A stretch of 64,000 bases of DNA from Lama guanicoe (Eukaryota): NCBI GenBank assembly GCA_013239625.1, contig MU053810.1:1249320-1313319 (forward strand). Reading direction: 5' to 3'. The position numbers were made by a program, and so were the translations under genes. The notes under the pieces were generated by a model. The model did not search any database, had not been told where the DNA came from, and worked only from the letters and a program-made list of their open reading frames with translations. Below are positions 13,599-24,959 of this stretch, one piece after another; the stretch's first letter is position 1, and the number at the start of each line of letters is the position of its first letter.

Positions 13599-14313
13599 GT
13601 TAAATCTATAGCGTGTGGTATCACACAGCCACTGAAAAGAGAGTTCAATGCAGTCCAGCTGATTTGTAGGGATTTCCAAAAGATATTCTTAAAGGAGTAA
13701 AGCAATTTGCAAAATGACTATGAGGTACGATCTAATATTTCTAAAACATGCAATGACTGGCCCCTCCTTATCTGTACATAGGTATACTTCCATATGTGGA
13801 TATTTCCAGAATAACTATGTGAACATGGAAAAGAGGATGAGAAAAGATACATCCTTGCTTATGAATGTGAAATACCTGGAGGACTGATAGAGTTGGAGGG
13901 CGGGGGGTATAAATCCAAAACGAAAATAATTGAAACCAGAAATGACGCCTCAAAAGAAACTCTAACATACACCATCGTGGCACAATTATATGTGTGTGGA
14001 AAATGTGGTGGATATTTGTAAGTTTTACTCCTTAAAAAGCCTAAACTATTGCATTTCACTCTTTTGATATTTATTTTTTTCTCCAATATTTTTTCATCAA
14101 TTTTGCATTGCTGAATAATACATCTTTTTCTATAATTTAAAAAATATAAATAAGCCAAAAAAAGAGAATTTCTCTGGTAATTCCAGTAGAGTAATACAAA
14201 CACCATTAATTAAGCTTTGTATTTGTAAGTCCTGCATTCTGTCTTAATGTTACATATTGTTAAATAAAAAGAAACTTTCTACTTGATTTAGTAACTTAGA
14301 AAAATGTAATGTG

Positions 14314-14746
14314 ATGGATGGACCTAGAGATCGTCATTCTAAGTGAGCCAGAAAGAGAAAGAAAAATACCATCTGATCTCGCTTATATGTGGAATCTGGA
14401 AAAAAAAAAAAAAGCAAAAAAGGACACCACGAATCCATCCACAAAACAGAAACAGACTCGCAGACATAGTAAACAATCATATGGTTACTGGGGAAAGGAG
14501 GTGGGGAGGGATAAATTTGGGAGGCTGAGATTTGCAAATGTTACCTACTATATATAAAAACAGAGTAAAAATTTTTCTTCTGTAGAGCACAGGGAACTAT
14601 ATTCAATATCTTGTAATAGCATTTAATGAAAAAGAATATGAAAATGAATATATGTATATATATGAATGACTGGGACATTGTGCTAGACACCAAAATTTGA
14701 CACATTATAACTGATGGTACTTCAATTAAAAACAAAACAAACAAAA
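14314..14746 (+). mobile_element. Lineage-specific L1 3' end
   Basis: atggatggacctagagatcgtcattctaagtga...aaacagaaacagactc...cacagggaactatattcaatatcttgtaata...cttcaattaaaaacaaaac A-rich tail. Confidence 0.88.
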
Positions 14747-15263
14747 GAAATAGTGTGAACAAGTGTATGCCATGAAATATTTTTAGAAACATAGTTTTAA
14801 TTATAGCATAGTATTCTAATTGAATATATCATAGCCTCTAAAATTATCTAGTGGTAAATTCTTGAATTATTTCCTAACATTTTCACTATAATAAGCATCA
14901 CAATTAATACACATGTAGATGAAAGTTTTTTTTTTCTTCTTTTCAGATAATTCTGGAGGGTAGATACTAGTTTCTCTTCCTTGAGAAATTAAGAGAAATG
15001 AAAAATACTCATTTTTACTCGTAGGATCCGAATATTTAACATCTAGATAACAAATGCGGGTGAGTTCTTTAGGTAACACCTGCAGCAGTCTTTCCTTAGG
15101 ACAGTATTTGAAAACTCCCGAGCATGTCTGCTTGTATAATATTACTGATGGAACCCAACGTATTGTAGGCTCACTTTAGGAAAAGATGGAACTTTTTAAC
15201 TAATGGACATAAGAAGGTTCCATGCATTGTCCCACAAGGCCAACATGAGCGACCTACTGATCC

Positions 15264-15657
15264 TTTATTTGTTTAAATTGAAGTACAGCCAGTTGACAAT
15301 GCTGTGTCAGTTTCTGGTGTACAGCATGTAGTTCAGTCATGCATATACACACATACATTCATTTTCGTATTTTTTCGTAATAGGTTACTCCAAGATGTTG
15401 AATGTAGTTCCCTGTGCTGGACAGTAGGACCTTGTTGTTTATCTATTTTATGTATAGTAGTGTGTATCTGCAAATCCCGAACTCCCAGTTTATCCCTTCC
15501 CACCGCCTTCTTCTCCTGGTAACCATAAGTTTGTTTTCTATGTCTGTGAGTCTGTTTCTGTTTTTTGTTATTTGTCTTTTTTTAGATTCCGCATATAAGT
15601 GATATCAGACGGTATTTGTCTTTCTCTTTCTGGCTTACTTCACTTAGAATGACAATA
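15264..15657 (-). mobile_element. Lineage-specific L1 3' end (antisense)
   Basis: tttaaattgaagtacagccagttgacaat...gtttctggtgtacagc...tctggcttacttcacttagaatgacaat is the reverse complement of the 14314-14746 type sequence. Confidence 0.88.
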
Positions 15658-16399
15658 CCTCTTAATGCAACAACCAAGGACTATTAATGGCTGAGTTTAT
15701 TTTCTCTTTTGAACTTCTATAACTTGTGTGAGCTCATTATAGACTGCATGAAAAGTTTCCCATCTGGTTATTTATGCAATGTGGTATACAAGTAGCGTTG
15801 TCCACGGATAAGGAAAACTCATTCTGACAGAATACTTGATTACCCTCCCTGTTAATCACTGTGCGACACAATGTATTTTCACAGGGTGCTCTGTTCAAAG
15901 CAGCCTGATTATGTCATCCCAGTGACACCACTACGACTCCCTGGACTTATGTAGGCATCACTGAGACGATGTGCTGCTGCATAGATTGTAAGGATGTTAA
16001 TTGATGTTGACCCTCTGGGAAAAACAAAATTCTTTAGTAGAAGGCCAACAGACTCAAAGAGCCCGTAGTCTGTTTCTAAGCATCACAACCTTGCTGTTAA
16101 TTAAAGCTGTATTTATGGACCTTTTTGCTTGTTACCAAGATGAAGAATTAGATACATGAAGAGGTCATTTTCAGTGCCCGTCACAGGCCTATTTATGAAT
16201 CTTTTTGGAGCCATTGCCAAAGTTGGAGAGAGAAGTTACAAACATTAATCCACTCTCCAGTCTGCACGTGAATAGTGTTTAGACTCAGTATGTACAGGAT
16301 TTAATGGCAAGAATGACATTTGCGTGACCTGAATTAATGGAGGTAGAATGCAAAAGGCCACTGTCTCTTTTGTTCCCCCTTCCCTCATAACTTTCTTTC

Positions 16400-17060
16400 T
16401 AATGTTATAATGTAATTAACCATCTCCACAATTAGACTATAAACTCCGGAAGGGCAAGAATCATATCTTTTGCTATTTTTATGCTCCCTTCAGCGTTTAA
16501 AACTGAATAGCAGTTGATGGAAACTCATGTAGGTCTCATGTGATTTGGATCTATCTGCTTCGGTATTTATTACAAATATCTTGGACTAGTTACTGCAATG
16601 CGCATTTCCTCAGTGCCTATGAAATACCACACGCAACGTGTTGGGGACTGAATGTATGAATTAAGTACATGTTGGGAAAGTAGCTGGAATGGAATATGCA
16701 GCCTGGTGTAACCCACATGCTTCCTGTTATGCAATGTACTCACAGCCCAAGGTCAGAAAATACCCCACAGCAGTCTTAGGGGTACTGATGCTCTGATGTG
16801 TATAATAGCAGTTTAAAGCCTTAAAGTGTTCAACAAATAGAATGTACTTGGTACTTGGTCGACAGAGCCCTGCAGGCTAGGCAGATGATAACTGTACTTC
16901 CTATTGGGCCGACAGCACAGGTATTATTATTCTTACATTAGAGATGAGCAGCAAGAAAATCTAAATGCCTTCTCTCAGCCCATATACTGAGTAGCAAAGC
17001 CAGCACTGAACCCCTGGGGTTTGGAGCCACATCCAAGCCCTTTCCCAGAGCATCACTGTA
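16400..17060. mobile_element. Cluster of L2 3'-end and MIR fragments
   Basis: attagactataaactccggaagggcaagaatcatatctttt (L2 tail); gtattattattcttacattagagatgag...agcaaagccagcactgaaccc (MIR). Confidence 0.5.
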
Positions 17061-17513
17061 GTTTGCTTCATCCTTCTACACAGCTCTACTTGAATCTCCT
17101 TAACCTCTGTGTTGGGGGCCATGTAAACTGTTTCCTTCTAGGTCATATCTCATCATCTTGCCGTGGTCTCTGACAGACTCAGGAGGGCTGAGTTTTGGTC
17201 AGGGCTCTGGTGTTACATCTAAAAGTCAGCCTCGCTCACGTTTGTCAGATCACGCACTGTCATGTTATTCACACACATACTCAGGCACATGTACACACCT
17301 GTGCAGGTGGGATACAGTCAGCACCCGTGACACATTTTTAAAAATTCCAGTCTTTGGACCAGAGATTTTTGAGGTATTCCAGAAGGGAATAAAAAAGCGG
17401 GTGGAATCAGAATGACTGGAGAAATCTCAGTCCAGGGAAGCATGGTTCACTATCCATCTTCCCAAGGAAGCTACACAGATATTCCGAGATTAAAGTCAAA
17501 AGTGCTGTCCTGA

Positions 17514-18190
17514 AACAGTATGGAGATTCCTCAAAAGACTGAAAATAGACTTACCATACGATTCAGCAATCCCACTCCTGGGCATATATCCAGAGGTAAC
17601 CTTAATTCAGTAAGATACATGCACCCCAATGTCCATAGCAGCACTATTTACAATAGCCAAGACATGGAAACAGCCTAAATGTCCAATGACAGATGACTGG
17701 ATAAAGAAGTTGTGGTATATTTATGCAATGGAATACTACTTAGCCATTAAAAAAACAAAATGCCATTTGCATCAATATGGATGGACCTGCAGATCATCAT
17801 TCTAAGTGAAATAAGCCAGAAAGAAGAAGAAAAAATACCATATGATATCACTTATATGTTGAATCTAAAAAAAAAAAAGGACAGATGAACTTATTTGCAA
17901 AACAGAAACAGACTCTCAGACACAGAGAACAAACTTGTGGTTACCAGGGGGCGGGAGGGTGAGAGGGGATAAATTGGGAGTTAGAAATTTGCAGATATTA
18001 ACTGATAAAGGTAATAAAGTAGGTAAATAATAAGTTCATACTGTATAGCTCAGGAAACTGTATTTGATATCCTGTAGTAACTTATGGTGGAAAAGAATAT
18101 GGAAATGAATGTATGTTCCTGTATGGCTGAAGCAGTGTGCTGCACACCAGAAACTGACTCAGCATTGTAAACTGACTACACTTTTATTTG
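17514..18190 (+). mobile_element. Lineage-specific L1: ORF2 C-terminus and 3' UTR
   Basis: aaacagtatggagattcctcaaaagactgaaaatagacttaccata...cagcaatcccactcctgggcatatatccag...gcattgtaaactgactacac. Confidence 0.9.
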
Positions 18191-18236
18191 TACATATGTG
18201 TGTATATATACATACACACACACACACACACACACA
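18191..18236. repeat. (TG)/(TA)/(CA)n microsatellite at the L1 tail
   Basis: tgtgtgtatatatacatacacacacacacacacacacaca. Confidence 0.9.
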
Positions 18237-18246
18237 AAAGAACTAC

Positions 18247-18632
18247 TGTCTCAGACAGAATTGTGTCCCCATCAAATTCAGATGTTGAAGCCCTAACCCA
18301 CAGTGTGACTGCGTTTGGAGACAGGGCCTTTAAAGAGGTGGTTAAAGTTAAGTGATGCCATGAATTTGGTGACTAACTCCCATAGAATTGGTGTCCTTGT
18401 AAAAAGAGGAAGAGACACGAGGGAGGCACCTACCTATGCAGCGGAAAGGCCCCGTGAGAACCCACAGAGGGGGCGGCATCTACGAGCCACGGAGAGTGGC
18501 CTCAGGAGAAGGCAGCCCTGCCAGCGCCTCGGGTTTGGACGCTGAGCCTCTCGATCTGTGAGGGGATAACTGGCTGCGGGCTAAGCCCCTGCCTGCGATG
18601 TTTCGCTGCGGCAGCCCGAGCAGACTAGTGTA
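18247..18632 (+). mobile_element. MaLR LTR (MLT1B-like), solo, CpG-rich in its 3' half
   Basis: gaattgtgtccccatcaaattcagatgttgaagccctaaccc...tttggagacagggcctttaaagaggtggttaa...gcagcccgagcagacta. Confidence 0.85.
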
Positions 18633-19031
18633 AGTACCAGGAGAGGTCGTGAAAAATTCTTCTGAGAACTCACTGAGAAACAGCACTTGGAACACCTGGT
18701 GGGAGGTAGGGGGTGGATAGGAACTTGGCTCCACACCTTGTATTTCCCTCCCAGGACCACTGCTTCCAAGTGCAACTGCTCACAGAAATAGCTTTTTCTC
18801 ACAGGATAAAATCACAGAACTGTTATCTAAAGAAAGCTGGACATCTGCCTGGGGGAGGATTATCATGAGATAATAACCTGAAAAGGAAGCAGAGTCGTAT
18901 TTGGGGTTGCACAGGATCAATGCCGTGGGCTTGCAGGGGGAAATACAGAAAGGAAAACTCCAACCAGGAATAAAAAAATTGCAGCATTGCAGTTCGTCTG
19001 CCTGCCGACTCCTTGGCCTCACAACCAACGA

Positions 19032-19200
19032 CAGTGGTTCTCAGTCTTGGCTGAATGTGAGAATCGCCTGGAGAGTTTAAACCAAATACTTACATCTGGA
19101 TCCACCCACAGAGATTCTGCTTTAATTGGTCGACGTTGTGGCCTGGGCCTAAAGCACTTTGCATAAGATTCCAACATGTATTCGAGATTGAGAACCACTC
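19032..19200. mobile_element. MER5-type MITE (hAT-Charlie)
   Basis: Terminal inverted repeats cagtggttctca ... tgagaaccact; internal gaatcgcctggagag and cagagattctgctttaattggt. Confidence 0.85.
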
Positions 19201-19849
19201 CCCGCAGGGGTGTCTGTGTGTCTACACGGCCAGCCCACCTGTCCGGCACCAGCTCTTCATTCTTCCGATCAGAGGGCAGCTCGGTGAGGGAAACATTTCT
19301 GTCTAACAGCAGTAGAAATTCTCTCCTGTTATCTATACCAAGCAACAAAGGCTTTCATTCAAAAGTTGAAATGGATAACTAAGAATCACCAGGTATTTAA
19401 AGACAGCCAGCGCTATGAAAAAGAAAGATGAGGACATGAAAAGAGACAGTTATCCTTGGAGGAAATAGATGAGTCAGTGTGGTGGACAAGTGTTGCACGT
19501 TCTCATGGCTCTTTGGGAACGTGTGGCTGTGTTTGTTTACTGTTGAGCTTTTTGAGTCCCCGTCTCATCCAACTTGTCACATGCTTAGGATGGAAGCTGC
19601 CAGTCACACAGATGCACACATGAAAGGCTTTGATTTGAAAGCAGGCAGCAATGGTCCTCCATTCGCTGCAGCATGCTAGGGGTAGAACCATTTCTCTGTG
19701 CTGCATTACATAAAAGTTGGGAATATATAAATATATATATATATATATCCCTATATATACACACATATATACCAATGAATATATTTATATTCCTATTAAC
19801 ATAGATATAAAATGTTTTTTCTTGACTAAATATTGAATTATAGCTAGGA

Positions 19850-20130
19850 AGTATAGTTAATCTTTATGTATAATATCATAGTTGTGAACAAAGGAGTCCT
19901 AATCTTGTGGAAATACATACTGACGTATGTAAGATGCTATAATTTGGTATCCGAGGTTACTTTCAAACAGTATAGTGGTATTGAAGATGTGGATGGTAAT
20001 ATAGAAGAAACAAGAATGACCATAGGTTGAAATTATTGAAGCTGGTTCTTGGGTACGGGAGATTTCATTATACCATTTCTAGTACTTTTGTATAAATTTG
20101 AAAGTTCCCAAAGTAAAGATGTTTTAAAAA
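19850..20130 (+). mobile_element. Old L1 3' end (L1ME/L1MC-like)
   Basis: gaaatacatactgacgtat...attgaagctggttcttgggtacgggagatttcattatac...tttgtataaatttgaaagttccca. Confidence 0.65.
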
Positions 20131-20304
20131 ATAGTTCCTGCAAAATATGAATGTGGTTAAAATCAAATGGAAAAGCCCTGGCAGTATGACATCTAGCGTG
20201 AAATAAGAACTGGATATGCAGAAAACACCACGGGATTTGAACACAAGGTAGAAGTGAAGACATGGAAACCATAATAAAAATAATCTTGTCACTAGACTTT
20301 CAAA

Positions 20305-20416
20305 TGATAGACAAAGTATATGATTTGTAAATACATACCTCCTGTTCATGATAGTCAAATTATGAGATTTGTAAATACAGTCGTACAAAGTGTATGATTT
20401 GTAAATATATACCTCC
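20305..20416. repeat. Three diverged ~35-44-bp tandem units
   Basis: acaaagtatatgatttgtaaatacatacctcc / tcaaattatgagatttgtaaatac / acaaagtgtatgatttgtaaatatatacctcc. Confidence 0.8.
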
Positions 20417-20704
20417 AGTATCTGATCCTTAGAAAAACAATTGGAATTTGTTATGGCGCCAGTTCAGAGCAGATTTCTGTTTAAAATGGCCTTTGGGGGA
20501 GTTAATTGCTAACATATTACTGCTAATCATCACATCATCACGTTACAGTTGGAGAAGAGGGTCAAAGTGAGACATCTGTGATTTGTGTGATGCTTCAGCC
20601 ACCGCTTAAAAAATACATGTGACAAAATGGAAGTTTCTTCTACAGGCGTGTGACACATAAATAAAATGATATACATTGACATGGTGAAAAAAAAATGTTT
20701 TTCC

Positions 20705-20910
20705 AATCGTTTATTCATTCAACCCATAGTTGTTGAGCCTATTTTTTTGGCTAGCCACTGTTCTGAGTATTTGGAACACATGTTGAATGAATCAGAAAGT
20801 GACCTCTGCTGTCATATGGCTGCCACTGTAGCAGAGGGCGGCTGGAAAATTTGTATTAGGCATCAGAAATGAAAACTCCGTAGTTGGTTGAAAGTTGATA
20901 AGTACCCAAG
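20705..20910 (-). mobile_element. L2 3'-end fragment
   Basis: tttattcattcaacccatagttgttgagcctat...ccactgttctgagtatttggaacacatgttgaatgaatcaga. Confidence 0.6.
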
Positions 20911-21249
20911 AATAAAAGGAAAAGGGGAGCAGGGGAGCAGGGGAGCAGAGAAACATCACTCAGGAGCCAGGAATCAGTGAGGAGTGACTTATAAGTTATG
21001 TGGTGGGTGCTGTAAGTTAAAAACATTTTTCTGTGTAACCACTGGAATGAGGGTGCCTACTTTACTGTGTACGGTTTTTATAAAGGTTCATGGATGGATG
21101 TTGAAAAGTTGTTCTTCTTTTCCATTCATGAAAATCCAAACAAAAGGATTTTTTTTTTCCGAAACAAAATAAGGAGACATTTCAGAGGGATTTAGAGGAA
21201 GAGAAATAACATCTGTTCTGAGTTTCCCTCAGAGTCAGAAACTGTAAGA

Positions 21250-21380
21250 GATTTGCATATGTTATCTCATTTAATCCTTTTTAAACATCGTGATGTAGAA
21301 GATGCTAAATTCTTAGAAAGGATAAAACACGTAACCAAGTCACAGAGGGGCTGGGATATTGAACTCTGACTCAAAAGGCT
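21250..21380 (-). mobile_element. MIR fragment
   Basis: tttgcatatgttatctcatttaatcct...aaccaagtcacagag...gaactctgactcaaaag. Confidence 0.55.
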
Positions 21381-21392
21381 TTGTTTTTATAG

Positions 21393-21732
21393 CCTACGCT
21401 ATCATGTATGATAGCCACTAGTCTTATGGAAATGTTGAACCCTTGAGATGCGGCTGGTCCAAACTGAGATGTGCTGAAAGTGTAAAATACACACTGCCCT
21501 TCGGATGTAGCACATCCGAGATGTAGCACAAAGGAAAACGTAATATTAAAAAGTATCTCATTGATAATTTGTACATTGATTATATGTTGAAATGATAGCA
21601 TTTTGGGAACACCAGGTTAAATAAAATATATTGCTAAAAATTAACCTACTTCCTTTTACCCTTTAAAATGTGTTACTAAAAATTCTAAAGCTACGTATGT
21701 GGCTCCCTGTACGTTTCTATCGGACAGTCCTG
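21393..21732. mobile_element. MER33 (hAT-Charlie) with perfect 8-bp TSD
   Basis: aactgagatgtgctgaaagtgtaaaatacacac...gtggctc...tttctatcggacagtcctg. TSD ttttatag at 21385-21392 and 21733-21740. Confidence 0.85.
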
Positions 21733-23354
21733 TTTTATAGTTCACTGTACACACAGGGAAGGCTTTCTTATCTATCAAGCAAATATAACACTTGAATTGA
21801 CTAAAGAAATACTGAAAAGTATCCATCTCTGAAGATATTTGAAGATGGACAATTTCTTGCTAATGAATTCAGAAACTTGCTGCTAGAAACTGTACAAATT
21901 ACCTATTTAATGTCAAGTCTACTTTCAGAAAAAGGTACTTAAAAATAAAGTGGGATGATTATAATCTAATCTGTTATCTTCATAGTATTATGTTGTAACT
22001 ATTACATCCAAATAATTAAACCTTAGCATGCAGTCTTCCTATGGTATCAGCCCAAATACGGTGGTTCCTTGTTCCATACTTTTCAAAGAGAAGAGCCAAT
22101 GTCTTTCTTTATTTCCATATTTTCTTGAATTTATCCTTCACATGTTTTGCTTTTTCTAATATATAGTTAAGGTTCAAAGTTGATATTTTATTACTTTTAT
22201 GAAATTATGGAGTTGGACAATATTTATGGCTGTGTGATAACATCCTTACGACAGCAGGGCTTGTCTGCGTAATTGGTTATCCAGTAGCATTCCAGATCTA
22301 TACATATAAATTGTGTGTTAATTCTTGTAGGACCTACATGTTCAAGTAATCACTTGAAAATATTTTCATAAGCAGTACATAATGCAGTAATTCTTGTCGG
22401 CAGAATGATGCCTTCCTCGGTAAAATGCTGAGTTGTTTCACTAGTAGACAGCCGCGTTCCGAAGCTTCTTGAATAGGAAGAACTTTGCCTTACTGCGAAT
22501 TAAGTTGCATTTTAGTGGCAGTCACCGCGTCGTGAGTCTCAGACATGGCCATCTTCGCAGCCATCACCGCAGCTGTGACCGTCAGCATGGCCGGCACTGC
22601 CACCTAGGCCTGCACTGGCCGTGTACATTGATTTCCTCTGGGTGCTTTGTTTTAACAAGGAATGAGACACCACTATCCTCCTCACGGGGTCTGGTACCAC
22701 GTGGAGATCTCTGAATTTATCTCAGATTATTTTGAAAGCTTTCTCTGTTCTGCTTAATTTTTCGAGCTGTTCATTTCTTTGACTTGCCCTAAACAGCTCC
22801 CTTTATGTTTAGCATAACCACAAAATATTTATGTAGTTATTCTCATTTTCTTTCATTGTCAATATTTTTTCATTATGTTGAAGTTACACATTATAGCATG
22901 TATGTACACTATGAATGTTAGTAATTTTACCTTTCCCCACTATTTGTGTCTCCTTTTTCTTTCCCTTTTACTTCTCTTCTGTGATGCCACCAAAACATAT
23001 GAGCATTAGGTAAAAGGAGATCTTATCAAGGGGAATAACATAGAATATTAGTGCAAAATAAGTAACAATAAGTAGCATAAGTAATATTTTTCTGACCTTA
23101 TTATATCTTTTGATAACCTTTAATATTACCTTTTAAAAGTAATTTGGCTCTGATCTTTCCAAATAATTTTTACTCACTAATTAAGTAAATACTTTAGAAT
23201 GGAAGACTGCTAAATCGTCTACTTTCATCCAGTACAGGTGAAGAGAGGTTTTTTTTTTATGGTTATCATTTGTTTCTTTTTACTATTAAAAATTGATGAT
23301 GTTTATATCTAACTAAATCGAACAAAAAATGTCTTGTCAAAAATTGTTGTGACT

Positions 23355-23560
23355 ACGTAGCTGCTGTTCACTGAGTGCCAGTCACCATGCCGCTGGCTTT
23401 ATTCTAGCTTTCTTGTTTAATCCTCACCTTAGCTTGGGGCTTTTACAGAAGAGGAGATTGATGCACAGAGAGAATAAATAAGCCACACGGAAGATCCTTT
23501 TTGAATCTGGCATGGGGACCCGTGTCTCTCTGAAGCAAAAGCCTGCATTCGTAACCATCA
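23355..23560 (-). mobile_element. MIR
   Basis: ctgagtgccagtcaccatgcc...tttaatcctcac...ttttacagaagaggagattgatgcacagagag...ctgaagcaaaagcctgcattcgtaacca. Confidence 0.65.
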
Positions 23561-24560
23561 ATCTGGACAGCTTAACATGACATCCTCAAAACTTCCTGAG
23601 ATGTAAAATATGACGATCATATAAATGAAGAGCACTCAGTACCTTCTCTTCTAAAACACAGAAATGTTGAAAGTGACATCACTTGTCTTACAGTAAAAAG
23701 ATTTTATCCACATCAAATAGCTGAAAGGAAGTGTTTTTTTCTCCATTTCTTATTTACTATGGTTGCCATTTTCTTACCACAGTCCACTATCATTTCTGTT
23801 TTCCCTTTGTCCTGTGTTACTTTTTAGAGATACAGATGTTCCACTCCAAATGCACAGCAAATGCACCGCAGCGCCAAAGACGAAAACCAGGAGGCTTTCT
23901 GTGCTGATAAATCTCACAGTGTGACTTGCAGATACAGTTTTTTCGCTGCAAAAAGGCAATAAATGACACCCACCATTTGCTTTTTAGCCAGAAATAAAGT
24001 ATAAGTAATTCTCTTCATAAATTTTCTTCATGAAGTACTTAGCCCAGAGTTCATCCTGTTTCTCTTATTTTTTTCTGAGATGTAAACTTTCCTAAACCAA
24101 AAGAACAAGCCCAGAGCATCTATAACTCCTTCATGTTTCTTCAAAAATCCTCATAATCGGAGATTTCCATTTTGTTGCCAAAAAACAATGCCAGAGTCAA
24201 ACCACGGACCCCTTCCAGTCATCCACAGGAACCCATTTGAATCGATACCCGAAGCAATTTCTATCCAATTTTTCTGCCTCTGGTGAGAGATGATATCTTA
24301 ATTTCTATTTTTCTTTTCTTTGTCTTTGTTTATTTGTCTATTTTGTCTGTTTGTCTGTGTTTAAAATACTTCCAAGAATACTTAACAATTGTCTCAAGTA
24401 GGAATCAGATGACTTGCTTTCTCTGAAACACCAAAATGTACCATCTGTGAGGCATGGTATGAAGTGACAGGCATGTGAATGAACGAATTCTTTTAGAATT
24501 CTGTAGGGCAAGATTAAACCCTGAATAATCTGCAAATCTTTCAGGTTAATTATCTCCTCA

Positions 24561-24795
24561 TTTTATTTTATTTTATTTTATTTTATTTTTCTGCAGGTAA
24601 AACAATTTTATTTCACAGTTGTCTTTAAAACCACAAAGACACTATGTTCTCCATATAAAAACATTAGTACAGATAGCTATACTTTCTAGAAAATGATTAT
24701 ATAGACCCTCTTAAAGAAAAATGCACCCCATTGTATGGTTTCAGTAAAGTTGCTTGGAAAAAACTCACCCCTTAATCCTTAATCTCTCCCTACAC
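24561..24795 (-). pseudogene. Probable 5'-truncated retrocopy of an mRNA 3' UTR (parent not identified)
   Basis: The minus strand reads ...ctgtgaAATAAAattgttttacctgcag then an (AAAAT)n tail (24561-24590). The signal lies 16 nt before the tail, and the body does not resemble TE consensus I know. Confidence 0.55.
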
Positions 24796-24959
24796 ACATC
24801 TCCTTTGGTTTCCTACAATCTATCTTCTGCAAAAATGTTATTTCTTCAATGTATGATTATTGGTCACGGACTCTTGGTCACCCATCTGGACCCTGTGGAG
24901 ATCACTGTTTACCAGACACATCCCTGACCCTCATGGAGCTTGTGTTCTAGCTGTCTTTG

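Larger units (their letters stand above)
11950..13900 (+). mobile_element. Old L1 (L1ME-like) ORF2-end/3' fragment interrupted by younger insertions
   Basis: aatggaacaggatagag..., ccagatggattaaagacataaatgtaa, ...atgtccatca | resumes ggttaaat...ggtat...cagccactgaaaag after the L2/MER20 block. Confidence 0.55.

Noticed and set aside
20305..20416. Repeat-spacer pattern as a CRISPR-like array
   Set aside because: Only three diverged units with no regular unique spacers, no cas genes, and a mammalian intron context.
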